A stretch of DNA of 63,873 nt, filler included, from Guillardia theta CCMP2712 (GCF_000315625.1; 7 parts of 7 records of this genome joined end to end with filler, not necessarily neighbours in it), one strand, 5' to 3'. Shown: positions 1 through 13,296, numbered from the whole stretch's first letter. Numbers and translations: made by a program. The notes: generated from the letters alone by a model not told the origin.

Positions 1-76
1 GGGCAGGCAAGTTGCTTTTGAGCAGGCGCGTAATGGTCGGGAGCTCGCGACGAAGCCTCAGTAGAGCAATCTGCCA

Positions 77-790
77 GTGCGCAAAGGAAAAGGCAAGAGA
101 GAGGTTTGTATGCGTCAAATAGCTTTAGAAGTATGCATTCGGCCGGATGATGAAAAGGTGGGCAACCTGCTGAAGCGGAGGTCACGCCAAGACGCGAAGA
201 GCGGATCGAGGGCCGCCTCAGTCATCGAAGCTGGTTTCGTGCCGAGGGGGAAGACCCTGACGAAGCGATATGGGAACAGCAGGGGAGGAGAGCTGGACAT
301 TTCGTTGACAAGAAGCAGGTTGAGAATGTTCTTAAGGTTCTTATTTCTCATGCCGATCAGGTGGTCAAACCCCCAGTACCGACGAGCTAAAGTTGCATGG
401 TATGTCGAAATCGATCGCTCGCTCGCTCCCCCCCCCCTCCCCCTCACACTCCCACTCCTTCTCCTCCCCCTCTCTCTCCTTGTTCCCCTCCTCCTCTGGG
501 TTCTCGTTCTCCCCTCAACCTTCTTCTTTTCCTCCTCCTTCTGCTCCCCTACATTCTTGTCTTCTCCCTCTCTATTCGCATCTGACTGCCTGCGATGGCA
601 GATGGAGCAAAACTACGCTGCTCTCGTGAAAGGACGTGAGCAAGGAGCGCGAGACTTTCCCTGAGCTGACGAAGGCGGCAGGGGACAAGCAGCAGCTGCA
701 GCGGATGCTGGAGATGAAGGGGATCAAATCGCAATCCTCCTCCCTCCAAGTCTTCGACGTCGTCGAGGAGACGCGCGCAGCCGGACAGGT
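77..790 (+). CDS. Partial multi-exon gene, unknown product
   Basis: Non-repetitive coding-like segments (..RRAKVAW / MEQNYAALVKG / DKQQLQRMLEMKG..) are separated by GT..AG pyrimidine-rich introns; no family recognised. Confidence 0.3.
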
Positions 791-1277
791 GGGAGAGAGG
801 GAGGGAGTCAAGGAGGAGCGCAGGAGAGAGGAGGAAGGGGAAGGGAAAGTGAAAAAATGGAAGGAGGAGGGGGAGAAAGTGGTTCCTTACTCTCGTGCAT
901 TCAGGCCCTCACCGAGTCTATGCGAGAGAAGCTTGACCAGGTTCCACCACCACCACCACCACTACCTCGTCCTCCTCCTCCTCCTCCTCCTCCTCCTCCT
1001 CCTCCTCCTCCTCCTCCTCCTCCTCCTCCTCGTCTTCGTCCTCCTCCTCCTCCTCCTCCTCCTCCTCCTCCTCCTCCTGCCGTTTCCCACTCTCCCCTCC
1101 CTAACTCTGCGCAGTCCTCGCTCAAGGCCAACTTGGACTCTATGGCAGGGAAGGTGATTCTTCTTCTTCCTCCCTGCCCCTCCACCTGTCCTCACGGCTC
1201 CTCCTCATCAGGTTGTTGGCCATGTGAGCTCGACTATGGTCAAGACGTTCACATGATTGTTCTCCCTCCCCTCCTCT

Positions 1278-1313
<36 letters not shown>

Positions 1314-1566
1314 CTTCCTCCCTCCTTCCCGTCTGCTTTCTCGGCCCCACCCCCCGCCCCACCTGCTCCACTTCCTGCACCTTGTCAAACAGATTGCTGC
1401 CAATTCTCGTTTATCTTGCTTCTCTTTACAAAGAAAAATATCAATCACATCGAATAGACCATCGCCGTTGTCGGTACGATCATCATTATCATCACAACAA
1501 CAACAACAGCAACACTACCATCATCTGGATCTCGATCTCCTCCTCCTCGTTGTCTACTCGTCTCTT

Positions 1567-3162
1567 TCATCCCTTGCACAGCGGGTCCAGAGTGAAAGTC
1601 TCTACCTCCCCCATGTTCTTCACCTTCACCAGCGTCGGCCCCTCCCAGCTTCCGCTCTCCCCCCCCACCAGCTCGAAGAACTTCTTGCTCGCATGCACGC
1701 GATCAGCAGCGCACGTCTGCTCCATTCTCGCCGCCAGGTTCACTGTGCTCCCGAACAGCTGGAAGCGCGGCATCCCCTTCCCCAGTACCCCGCACGTGAT
1801 GTCGCCAACGTGCAGCCCCACACGGAGGGTCAGAGGCTCCCTCCTCCCTCCTCGGTCGGGGGAGAGCACGAGCTTCGTTTCTCTCACCATGTCCATGGCA
1901 ATCGCCAGCGCCCTCCTCGCAGCTGCTCTGCCCCCGTCGTTGTCGTTGTTGTCCTCCAGTAGCCCAGCTGCCATGACGCAGCCGTCGCCGACCGTCTCGA
2001 CCTTGAAGACCCCGTGCTTCTCGCAGAGAGCGTCGAAGCGATGAAACAGCTGGTGCAGCATGTTCATCGTCTTCATCGGGGGGACCCCGTCTGTAATGCG
2101 CGAGAAGCCAACGATGTCAGAGAAGATGATCGACACGTTTCTCTTCTCCTCTGCATACAGCGCTTTTCCTATCTTCGCCCCCATCCCTCCGTCCCCCCCG
2201 CTCCTCGCCGAGCTCGGCTTCCCGCTGTCGCACATGAGGTGCAGGTGGCGCGAGAGCTCGGGGTTGTCATGCACGCTGACCTCCATCGAGCTCGAGATGC
2301 CGCGGAGATACTCCAGCCGCTGCTGGATGTCGTCCAGCTGGTCAGAGCTGCCCGTGTCCGACATGTCCTGGGCCGTCTCCTCTGCGCTGAGCTCCGAGGG
2401 CTGCGCCTGGCTGCCCCTGTCCCTCCAGTAGTGCTCGATGCGCATGAGCACCTTGGGGGGGATCATGGCGTGCAGAAGGTTCTGGCAGACCTCGTGGTCT
2501 TCCTCCTGCGACTTCTTGATCCTCCTCGTGAAGAGGTTGGCTCCGAGACAAGCAGCGATGTCCTTGATCAGTAGCTGGTCATTGGTCGTCAGGCAGTCCA
2601 CCTCCATGAAGCCCAGGTTAAGAGCTCCCACGAACTTCCTGCCGGCTACCAGGAGGGGAGCATTTACGATCGTGCGCAGGCCCATGGAGGCGATCTTCTT
2701 GTGGTCGATCAAGTCGCTCTCGCGAGCGTCGGGGGTGTAGAGAGGCTTCAGGGTCTTGGCGATCTTGCCGAAGGAGGAGCCAGCAAGAGGGATGAGCATG
2801 CCTGTGTTGTGGATGTTGACGCTCATCTCCTTGCTGTAGTCCACCCTCGTGACCGCCATCTGTATCACCCGCAGGTGCTCGTAGTCCTCCACCAGCGCGA
2901 CGGAACATCGCTCCACCCCGAACAGGCCCAGCACCAGCTTGCTTACCTCCTCGTAGCACTCCTCTTCCGTCCATGCGCAAGTCATCCTGTCCGCCATGAG
3001 GGTGACGGCTCTCGTCCTCTTCAAGAGCGTCTTGCACTCCTCCAGGTCCTTGACTTCGTCCAGGACGAGCTTGTCGAAGAGCCTCGAGTCCATCATGGCG
3101 TCGTCCGTCTCGTCGGTGCCGATCACCAGGTTCTGTCGGGCTGGCTTCGGACTTTCAGACAT
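1567..3162 (-). CDS. GAF-domain class III adenylate/guanylate cyclase
   Basis: Intronless 531 aa ORF. GAF-like segment (LYTPDA..GLRTIVNAPLLVAGRKFVGALNL), then LLHAMIPP helix and cyclase motifs IIFSDIVGF, KVETVGD, LRVGLHVG, MPRFQLFGSTVNLAARME. Confidence 0.9.
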   Translation of the reverse strand: MSESPKPARQNLVIGTDETDDAMMDSRLFDKLVLDEVKDLEECKTLLKRTRAVTLMADRMTCAWTEEECYEEVSKLVLGLFGVERCSVALVEDYEHLRVIQMAVTRVDYSKEMSVNIHNTGMLIPLAGSSFGKIAKTLKPLYTPDARESDLIDHKKIASMGLRTIVNAPLLVAGRKFVGALNLGFMEVDCLTTNDQLLIKDIAACLGANLFTRRIKKSQEEDHEVCQNLLHAMIPPKVLMRIEHYWRDRGSQAQPSELSAEETAQDMSDTGSSDQLDDIQQRLEYLRGISSSMEVSVHDNPELSRHLHLMCDSGKPSSARSGGDGGMGAKIGKALYAEEKRNVSIIFSDIVGFSRITDGVPPMKTMNMLHQLFHRFDALCEKHGVFKVETVGDGCVMAAGLLEDNNDNDGGRAAARRALAIAMDMVRETKLVLSPDRGGRREPLTLRVGLHVGDITCGVLGKGMPRFQLFGSTVNLAARMEQTCAADRVHASKKFFELVGGESGSWEGPTLVKVKNMGEVETFTLDPLCKG

Positions 3163-3829
3163 GCTCTTGCAACTTCTCTGACCTGATTGACCTGCACCAA
3201 CTCACGTGTCAACTCCATCCTTGCTCAAGACACAAGATCAGCTTCGTCGCCCCAACCCCCGCCCTCCCCATTCCCCATGCAGCTGAAGGGACATGAAAGC
3301 CTGAAGGGATGGGGGAGGTTGGGTGCCATGTGAATCAGCCAATGCAGAGATGTGAATGAATTGATAAGGAAGGAAATGAAGGAAGAAATTGAAGTCGGAA
3401 GGTTGAGGGATTTAAGTGGAAAGGGAAGGAAGCGAAAGATAATTGGAAAGGGTCAAAACAAATGGAAGCCAATCAAGTAGTACAAGAAGGAAAAGGATCC
3501 ACAAAGTCTTCAGGTAGAAACAGACAAGGTCCCTTGAAGCATTTATCAGGATAGAGGAAGGGAAAGGGAACGCACAAGCTCGCAGGATTCTTGAAAGAAA
3601 GAAGAAGAGGTGAGTTCGTAAGAAAAGGATCGGTGGTAGGCAAAGAGGTCAGGTGAGGGGAGAAGGAAAGTGAGCTAGGGGTGACAGAGAGAATGTCGAG
3701 AAGCGCGCGAGGGGAGGGGATGGGAGGGAGAGGGAAGGGAAGGGACAGGAAAGAGAAAGGAGGGGTTGGGAGGGAGACCGAAGGGAGAGGGGAGGGAACG
3801 GAGAGGGGAGGGAAGGGATCCCGAAGCCC

Positions 3830-4287
3830 TCAGAAATGGATCGGATCGTCGGTGGCGCTGGGTTTTGACGTGTTCCAACTCCCGACCAGAGATGAATCTG
3901 GTCTGAGGGAGATGATAAAAGTCATCGTCAACATCTTTGATTGGGGACGTAGCGAGCTCCTTCAGGTGAATCGAGCTGCATGCTTCTAGCAAAGACTCTC
4001 TCTGTCCACTAGTTGATTACTCTGTTCCGATGTTGACGAGGTATTCAGGAGAGTGAGTTCAACGCCCTTAGCCAGAAGGATCAGCAAGACCGGAGAGAAT
4101 TTTGGTCTCATTACAAAGCTGGGATATATCGTCTGTACTACGAGCTTGCAAGGATCTATCAAAACAGATACACGTCTACGGCATTGCAACATCTTCGGAT
4201 TGTTGTGAGCGATTACGACGCGATGTCCAACGACGACGCGATTGGAGAATGCGTGATCAGCATGAAGGAGACAGGCGGAATGATTGA
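3830..4287 (+). CDS. Fragment of a C2-domain-like protein (runs into gap)
   Basis: HLRIVVSDYDAMSNDDAIGECVI resembles the C-terminal half of a C2 domain; exon structure unresolved. Confidence 0.35.
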
Positions 4288-5326
4288 NNNNNNNNNNNNN
4301 NNNNNNNNNNNNNNNNNNNNNNNNNNNNNNNNNNNNNNNNNNNNNNNNNNNNNNNNNNNNNNNNNNNNNNNNNNNNNNNNNNNNNNNNNNNNNNNNNNNN
4401 NNNNNNNNNNNNNNNNNNNNNNNNNNNNNNNNNNNNNNNNNNNNNNNNNNNNNNNNNNNNNNNNNNNNNNNNNNNNNNNNNNNNNNNNNNNNNNNNNNNN
4501 NNNNNNNNNNNNNNNNNNNNNNNNNNNNNNNNNNNNNNNNNNNNNNNNNNNNNNNNNNNNNNNNNNGGGCATGATGATCAGTCACCGTTATGATCGGAGG
4601 AGGAGGAGGAGGGGGAGGGGGAGGGGGAGGAGGAGGAGGCCCTGAGGAGGAGAAGGAGGAGGAGGAGGAGGAGGAGGAGGAGGAGGAGGAGGAGGAGAAG
4701 GAGGAGGAGGAGGAGGAGGAGGAGGAGGAGGAGGAGGAGGAGGAGGAGGATCGGACGAGGAACTATCATTAGGAGATTTACATTCAACTGATGGTCTATA
4801 AGACGATCACCCTTTGCTCATTCTTTCCCTTCTCTCCTTTCCCTCCCTCCCTCCCTCCCTCTCCTTCTCTCCCTCCAGTCACATGGCATCAAGTCCTCGA
4901 CGTTCCCCGCGAGCATCTCAAAGTCGGAGGCAGAGGCAGCACGGGATAACTTGCACGCGCTGGAACAGACTGCTCCTGTTGAGGGGACAGAGAGGGGGCA
5001 GAGCAAGGGCTTGTGAGGTTGTCTTCAAGGGAGCGAAGGCAGGCAAAACAAGTCCCACAACAAGTCTTGTAGAGAGCCTCGCAAGTGTGCTTGTATCATG
5101 GGGGAAGGTGTATCAACGCTCAGAGGTGGTTGTGGGGGAGTTGACAGCTGATTGTTCTGAGCAATGAAGAAATAGTACAAGATCACACCATCGATGCCCT
5201 CGTGTGCTCACCTGCCTCCTGTCCCTTCTCCGTAGTCTCGGCCACCTGGAATTCTTCGTCTCCCCACTCTCCGCCTCTCCCCCCCCCTCCTCTCCCTCCG
5301 CCAGCTCCACCAACTACTAGTCCTCG

Positions 5327-5359
<33 letters not shown>

Positions 5360-5884
5360 TCTACTCTCTCCCTGTCCTCTCACCTCCCAATGTGCTTCTG
5401 CACCTCGTTTGCCTCCAGAGAACCCTCTCCCTCTTCTCTCCCCGTCCTCTCTCCTCCTCCTTTATCCTTCTTCTCTCCCTCTTCTCTGCCTCTTCTCTCC
5501 CTCTTCTCTCCCCCTCTCTCCTCCTTATCCTTCTCTCACCTGCCCCTCTCATTCTCTTCCCCTACCTCCTCTTCCTCTTCCTCTCTCTCCTTTCTCCCCC
5601 AACTCTGTCCCTCTCCCACAACTCCCTCCTATCTCCCTATCTCCCCCACTCCCTCTCGCCCTCTCCCCCCTCTCCCTCTTCTCCTGTTCCCTCCTCCTCT
5701 CCCTCTCTCCCTCTCCCTCCTCTCCTCTCCCTCCTGTCTCCCCCTCACCCCCTCGCCCCCTTCCCTCCTCGCCCCCTCGTCCCGTCCCCCTCCTCTCCCT
5801 CCCATTTCCCCCCTCCCCTCCCCGCCCTTCCCTGGGGTTTTTCAATTTTCTCTGGCCGCCTCCCCCCAGCTGCCTGCCGCCGCC

Positions 5885-6575
5885 ATGGAGCTCAACGGGG
5901 CGGTGGAGGCGATGAAGGAGAAGATCAAGGAGAGAGGAGGAGAGAAGGCGGCAGCGGCAGCGGCAGCAGGCACATCGGCGGCAGCAGCAAGTACGGCAGC
6001 AGCAGGAGCAGCAGGAGCAGAGAAGGGTCATGAGAAGGAGACGAAGAGCGCAGACAAGGAGGCGGGGAGTGCGGAGAAAGTAGTGGTGGGCATCATATCG
6101 GGGAAGGTGGTGACAGCAACAGAACAGGAGGAGGCGATCAAGAAGAAGGAGAAGATGGTTAGGGAGAGGATGCAGTCGCAGTTCGGGAGGATCATGGAGG
6201 AGCAGAAGAAGCTGGAGGAGGTGAGGAGGGAGCTGGAGAAGCTGTCGGAACCCACGAGGAGGGACATCGAGATCATCAGGGAGAGGCTAGAGGTCGTGGA
6301 CCGAGAGCTGCAGAGGTGCTCCAAGGACCACATAGCGAAGAAGAAGGCGTATGAGGCAGCATGCGCGGAGTTGGAGAAGAAGAATCAAGAGAAGCTCATG
6401 CTCGCGGACCATCTCAGGATGTGAGCTTGAGTTGCTTCCCCTCCTGCCGCAGGGCCTCTGACATGCTGGCAGGATCATCCACGAGAGCGAGATCCGGAAG
6501 ACGCAGAAGCTCGAGGAGATCATGGACAAGCTCGGAGTGACGGACACTACCGAGATCTTCGACGGGTTCCATTGA
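5885..6575 (+). CDS. GORAB: RAB6-interacting golgin (GORAB/DUF662-like) coiled-coil protein, 2 exons
   Basis: Intron 6421-6472 (GTGAG..CAG) joins ..EKLMLADHLRM to IIHESEIRKTQKLEEIMDKLG, matching the family C-terminal motif; RRDIEIIRERLE upstream. Confidence 0.75.
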
Positions 6576-7033
6576 TGGACCCGAGGGCTGGAGGAGCGAT
6601 GGGTGCGGGGACAAGGAGGACAGGAGAAGAGAGGAGGAGGAGGAGAGGAGGAGGAGGAGAGGAGAAGAATTGGTATACACTGATTTTACATAGGACCTTG
6701 AAAGTTACATCTACTTCTTCAAATGATCCGCAGCGTGTCGTTTCTGCAAGTTTGGGCTAGACCCTGAGGAGGAGTAAGAGGAGAAGTAGTAAGAGGAGGA
6801 GGAGAGGAGGAGAGCGACAGGAAGGAGACGAAGGGGGCACGGAGACGAGGAAAGCTGGAGGAGGCTGTCGCGCGGTCGAGAAGCAGCAAGGGAAAGGAGG
6901 GTCATCCAAGGGATTTCCACAGGAGGTAGGAGGGTGGGGACGAGGAGAGGAGGAGGGATGCTTCTCACCTGGTTGAGAAGCTCGAGAGCAGGTACTTCCC
7001 GGCAGTGACCTGCGCGAATCTTTAAAGAAGAGA

Positions 7034-7158
<125 letters not shown>

Positions 7159-7249
7159 TAGGAGCAGGAAGCGGGATGCAGGAGAGGATGAGGGAGGAGG
7201 TACAGCAGGATTACCAGGAGCGCCTCCATAATCAACTTCTGTGCAAGGA

Positions 7250-10200
7250 AGGTCGAGATGCGATGAAAAGCAGCAGACGGGGCTCGTGTCTATGCCAGGC
7301 TCGCACTACTCCAACATGTTACCCAGCCCACGTGAAGAGGGAGGGGGGGAGGGGGCAAGAGATAGCGTGAGCGGAGGAAGGGGAGAGGAAGGGGAGAAAG
7401 AGAGTTCGAGCAGGAAGAGGTGGGTGGGGCTTGTGGGGAGGAGGAGGAGGAGGCAGATGGTCTAGGAGGATAGTCGCACCTGTGAGCAAACGCTCGTGAC
7501 TGGCCAATGCTGCAACGTTAAGTTGCCGTAAACCTGCGGAAACGATCAACGACTCTCCTCCTCCTCCTCCTCCTCCTCCTCCTCCTCCTCCTCCTCCTCC
7601 TGTATCTACATCGTTGTCATGTCATCGTCAACATTCTACTTTATCATAGGCTCTGCTCTCTTCTTTCCATCCTCCTGCCGTCTCCTCCTCGCCCCTCACC
7701 TTGCATCCGAAATCTCCCTTCTCCAGGCACCTCTGCATTACGATCTCGCGCCCGCCGATGATGGTCAAGTAAGGGTTGACAGTGGGCTGGGGATAGAAGT
7801 AGTGAGTGAAGAAGAGGAGGGAGAGGAGGACAGAAGGAATGAGGAGGACAAGAACAGCACAAGGTAGAGGAGGCGAGAGGATACTGACCTGGACTGGGGG
7901 GTTCAAGCAAAACTCCAAGCTCCTCACTGCCTCAATCCTCCCCGACACTTCCGTGGTGGTCGCGTTGACGCATGCCCCGAGCGTCGGAGCAGCGAAAGTG
8001 CAGTTGGTTCCAAAATCTGACAGGAAGGTGAGGGGCTACGAGAAGAAGGAAGAGGAGAGGAGAGGAGAGGAGAGGAGAGGAGAGGAGAGGAGGGGAGGGG
8101 AGGGGAGGGGAGGGGAGGGGAGAGGAGAGGAGAGGAGAGGAGAGGAGAGGAGAGGAGGCAGGGTGGGCCGCGAGGAGGAGATTCAACAGGAACGACGAGA
8201 GGAGGAGGGCGAGTGACCTGCGCTCATCGAGATGTTGCCGAAGCGAGGATGCACGACGGTGCCGACATGATCTGCAGTGAAGCCTGGAGTAGAAACATCG
8301 ACAGCGTGACAGTTCTCCTGCACAAGATTGCGTTGGTGAGGAAGAGACTGAGAAAGAAACGAGGATTGTTGGGCAGGAGGGTGAATGAACTTTCTTGAGA
8401 AGCCATGATTGGGGACGTTGGGCGGGGGATAGAGAAGAGAGAGAGGAGGAAGGAGCAGAAGAGGAAGAAGGAGATGGGATGGGAGGAAGTAGTAGAAGGG
8501 AGGAAGCAGAGGGGAGCAGAGGGGAGGGAGGGAGCAAGGGAGGGAGGGAGGGAGGGGAGGGAGGGAGCAGAGGGGAGGGAGGGAGCGCAGAGGGGAGGGA
8601 GGGAGCAGAGGGGAGGGAGGGAGCAGGGGTCAACCAGAGCTTGTCGTTCGTCTGCTGTAGGATACGTCGGCACCGGGCATCCGACTTGAGTCGCGTTGCA
8701 CCAGGTGCAGGGATAATTTCCCACCTTGTCAAACCGCACGAGTCAGCGCGGAGCCTAGCACAGTCTGAGCTGGCAGCTCACCACGGTCTTGTAGGTGTTG
8801 AGGGGGCAGGGGGAGCAGGTCTTGCCGTCCTCACCCGTGTAGCCTTGGTCGCACTTGCAGTCCTGGATGCGGGTGCTGCCGCAGACGCTGCGGGAGTTGG
8901 GAGGGCAGTGGACGCAGATGTAGTCGGAGCCGACGACCTGGAGGAAGAAGTTGGGGTCGCAAAGGCAGGAGGTCTGCTCGAGCGATCCTGGGGGCGAGGT
9001 GGAGTTGGTGGGGCACTGGCGGCAGCCGGAGAGGTACTTGTACGAGTTTGCGGGGCACTCGAAGAGGATAGACCTGGCGGTGACGTTCCACTGGTTGTTA
9101 GCGAGGATGCGATCGGCGATGAGGATGGAGGTCACGTTGTACCTGGGGAGAGAAAAATCAGAGCGGTAGGAGGGGGAGAAGCGCATGGCAGGGTACCGTC
9201 ACTCCTGGCACATCCCTTCCCTAACTTTCTCCATCCTTCTCCTCCCCTCCCCTAATGCCCTCCCTCCTCCTCCTCCTCCTCCTCCTCTCCCTCTTCTCAC
9301 CTTAGGAAGAACTGGTCTCGACGGTTTCGCTCAGCAAGGCGGATGGTCGTGGTGTTGGGGCTCGTTCCTCTCGCCTCTAAGGCGTTCAGCTCGTGAGTCT
9401 CGCACTGCGTCCTCAAGCACTCCAGCACATCCATGGCAGCCTGAACGTCAGAGTCCTTCACTCCCACCAGCTGGACCACTGCGTAGAACGATTCCTCCGC
9501 AAACGCTCTCAAGCTCATGTCCTCCCCATCCTCCTGCTCCTCCTCCCTCGCGCCCTGCTCCCTCGCCAACAGACTCCTCGACCTCCGCATGCTCCTCCTC
9601 CACGACGTTCCCGTGAATCCGGAAGACCAGGGGGTCGAGCACGATCGAATGTCCGAGCAGACGGTAGTCGGGCAACCGCCAGGCTTCAGCTGGCCGATGA
9701 CCTCAGCTGAAGCCGAGGGGACAACGGAGACGGGGCAGGAGGTGGGACCCTCCTGCACAACCACCTGCACGAGGCCTTGGAAGCGAACCCCCAGCACCTG
9801 CTCTAGGTCTGCCGCAAACTTCGACCGCCACAGCTGGGGAGAGTCGAGGCATCCAGCCCTGAAGCAGGTACCGGGCACGAAGCCCTGGAAGGTCAGAGCG
9901 AAGGGGTTGGATGGAAACTCCGTTCTGAAGCCCAGCAGGTTCCAAGCGTTGAGGACAGTGTCAACGAGCTCGGCCTGCACGGATGCGTCTTGCAAGGGAG
10001 CGATCTCAGTGCCGTTGTGAATAGACCGCAGGATGTCGGGGCAGGGGTTGTTGGACCCCAGCTGGGCTTGCCCAACGATCTCACAAGTGCGCTTGTAGGG
10101 ATTGGCGTAGGGCTGCTTGGAGTAGTGTAGCACTTTGAACTGAACGCAGTCCCAGCTGGAAGTTCCCTCGGGGTGATTGATCGCCGGGTTGAGAATCTGC

Positions 10201-12434
10201 GTGAACTGCTCGCTGCAGGCGTCGAGACCGTTGAAGGTGTACGAGGTTACCTTGGAGAACAAGTTGTCCGACCTTGCCCAGATCACGAAGGGGACCGAGT
10301 AGCGAGCGCTGTCGGCAGTGACGAGGTCGAAGATCCCCGGCTTCGACCCGAGGTAGAGGTCGCTATACTCCTTGGCTACTGCTGGACACCAGGTTCGTCG
10401 GAGCATCCTTGAGACGATCCTTCCGTAGTTAGATCCGATCCCGTTGGGAGCAGGTTTGTCAAGCGCGGTTCCGTTGAGGATGGAGGTCAGGAGGGACTGG
10501 CGGAGGAACAGGTCGATGATCCCCATGGGCTCCAGCACGGTCTTGCACAGTGTGAGCGTAGAGAGGCTGAAGAGGGAGGAGGCAGAGGACTGGAACTTCT
10601 TGTTGAACGTCTCGTCCTCTGACGGCAGCGCATCCCACATGACCACAGCTGCTGTGAGCTCGGGGAAGGAGCTGGCAAAGGCACGGACATAGAAGGAGCC
10701 GACGGAATGCCCCACAAGCACGTAGGGTGCCTTGAGCGCCATGCTTGTCCTCGTAGTGTTGCCTCTTCTCGGAATGATGTCAACAGTCACGTTGCTGCTC
10801 AGCATGGTCTTGAGCTCTGTCGCTATCTGCTGCGGCGTCCTGGCCGTCTTAGCCGGAGGACTCCAGCCGAAGCCGGCCCGGTCGTAGGCGCAGGCAACCC
10901 CGACCAAGGCGATACGCTCTTGTACCCCTGCGAGAGCAGTAGACATGCCGAGCCCTTCCATCGCCTCCAGGATCACAACGGGTCGGCTGTCAATCTTGGA
11001 GTTGGGGTCAATGAACGCCATGCAGTGCATGTGATTCTTCTTGCCGTCTCCTCTGTCGTACATGTTGCCAAGGGGAACGTATCGGTCGGTCGACACAATC
11101 TGCGAGATGTGATTGAAGGGAGCGTACTGGAGCAATCCAAAGACGATCACATAGAGAACGGCAAGACTGACGCCGATTGCTCCGCTCTTGAGCCTCTCGG
11201 ACAGGGGTATCCTCCTCCTCCTTGACCTTCGCTTCTTGGAGGCATGCTGCTTCATCACCTTGTAGGACTCGTAGAGCGAGAGCGTGCTGATCCAGAGAAA
11301 GAAGAGCAACGAGAGGATCCAGATGATGCACCCGATCACTCCGTCTTGCAACTTCAACTTGAGGAAGTTCACGCAAGAGATGATCGCTATACACAAGCCG
11401 AACAGTGCGAGCACGAATTGCATCAGCTTCCACGGCAGCGTGAAGTCCTTCTTCACCATGAACGCTTTCGCAAAGTATGGAAACGCCACAAAGATTGAAA
11501 TCTGTCAACACGTGTGAGCGCAAGGCAAGCAGCGTCAGGCTCTCACCGCGCCGAGGTACGTCCCATCTTCGAGCACAGCGTAGCCTACGATACATCCAGC
11601 TATCGAGATGAATATGCCCGCAACCCCCAAGCCCAGCAGAGGTTTGTACGGGGCTGGATTGTACATCATCCGATCTGCGCAGGAAATCGCCCGGGGCTCG
11701 AGCTCCGGCTCCGGCTCGTCGGGCTCGTCCTCCTCCAGCGGAGGTTTCAACCATACAGCCTGTTGGATGACAACCTCAAGCTTGCAGTTGGAGGCCTCAG
11801 CGACCTCCATGGCGCGATCAAAAGCTTCATCGGTCTCAACACGGAAGACTTGACTGTCTTTCTCATATTCAAAGATCACGTCCTTCTTGAAGACGTCTCG
11901 AAGCTTGTAAAGCACGTCTTCGAAGGAGTCGGTCCAGTCGACGACGATCTGCTGCTTGTTCCGACCATCCAGACAGATCAGGAGAATCTGGAAAAGGAAA
12001 TTTCAGGAAACCATCCAATATTTGTTACCACACCACACCTCTGGGCCCTTGGCGAGCCCATACTTCATTTGAACTACGATCTCGGCTTTCTGCTGGATTT
12101 CCGATTGCTTGCTGCTCCCGAAGACCTTGGAGATCTTGTCGTTGACATCATGGATGGCCTTTTGTGCACCATCCAGGAGGTTCTTGGATTGCTCTCCAAC
12201 TTTGTTGTTCACATTCAATGCTGCATCTTGTGTATCCTTTACAAAGGTGCCAAACCTTTCTTCATATTCCTTGTGGAAACCCTCCGCCTGCTTCACAAAG
12301 TCATCGAATGCCTTATTGTCTGCGGCTTCAGCATGCTCCGGTTCCGCATTGCTATGTCCGTTGCCATTCACACTTGCGCGTGCCTTGCTTGCCTGAGGCT
12401 TGCTCAACACCAGTTGCGAGCTCACCCCCTGCAT
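7250..12434 (-). CDS. Multi-exon membrane protein: PB1-like, TM helices, alpha/beta hydrolase, Cys-rich repeats (3' end approximate)
   Basis: ORFs 12003-12434, 11535-11915, 9297-11489 and 8755-9186 are linked by plausible GT..AG introns. Hydrolase motifs YDRAGFGWS and GHSVG; CPxNSxS..CxC repeats downstream. Confidence 0.6.
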
Positions 12435-13223
12435 CTCAGGCTGCTATTCAAGTTGTTCTTACAAGGCTGTTGTTCTTACAAGCCCAAAGCTCGACAAGGC
12501 AGGGGTGAGGGCTCGGGAGCGTTCAGAGAGCAGTAGAACAAGTATAGGATTGCAGATCAACGATCATCAAGACGGTCAGGGTGGGCAAGTGTAGCCGAAG
12601 TCGAAGGAGCAGCAGTCGAAGGAGCAGCGGGTTCCCCGTCCATGACGTCCTTTGACAAACAGCGACGCTAGGGCCCTCATCCCCCTTTTACTCACGCGGC
12701 CCGCCGGACCGCACTGCGGCAGCCCGGCGCGAACTTGAGTCTCATCCAAGTGTCACCGTAGGAGAGCCTGTGACACGCCGGGCCCGCCCCTCAGCGATCC
12801 GGCAGTTAGCCAAAGGGCCGCCCGCACTTGGCAAGTTGCTCCTTCAACTCCATATTGGAATCACTTCGAGACTCCTAGAGTCTATGCACAGATGATTGAC
12901 TAGTCACTCGGAGTAGAACTTGGCCGCACTCAGCGGCGGCAGCTCAACAGCTGACTGACTCTTGAAGCCAAAGACAAATACTCTCAGATGATGTGCACAC
13001 GAAGACACCAACCGTTGAACAACTTCCACAACCAACCAAACACCTCAGATAACTCAGATCAACACTCCGGAGTCCGCTGGATTAAGTCCGACAGTTGTCG
13101 GAAATGACCGTCTCAGTGACTCTAGCGTGCGGTCACCCGGGTGCTGACTGAGCCGCGGCCCGGCCGGGGCCCGGATTAGGGCCCGGCGGGGTATAGAACC
13201 ACTAGCGAGACTGCGAAGTGCAA

Positions 13224-13296
13224 GCCCCCGTGGCCCAATGGACAAGGCGCCTGCCTACGGAGCAGGAGATTCACGGTTCGAGTCCGTGCGGAGGTA
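13224..13296 (+). tRNA. tRNA-Arg(ACG)
   Basis: 73-nt cloverleaf: anticodon arm CCTGC-CT-ACG-GA-GCAGG, T-loop GGTTCGAGTCC, D-arm TGGCCCAATGGACAAGGC; T5 Pol III terminator at 13301-13305. Confidence 0.93.

Noticed and set aside
636-1460. Poly-Pro/Leu/Gly/Glu ORFs here and throughout the window
   Set aside because: They are translations of (CCT)n, (CAGGAG)n, (AGAGG)n and (CAT)n intronic or intergenic microsatellites
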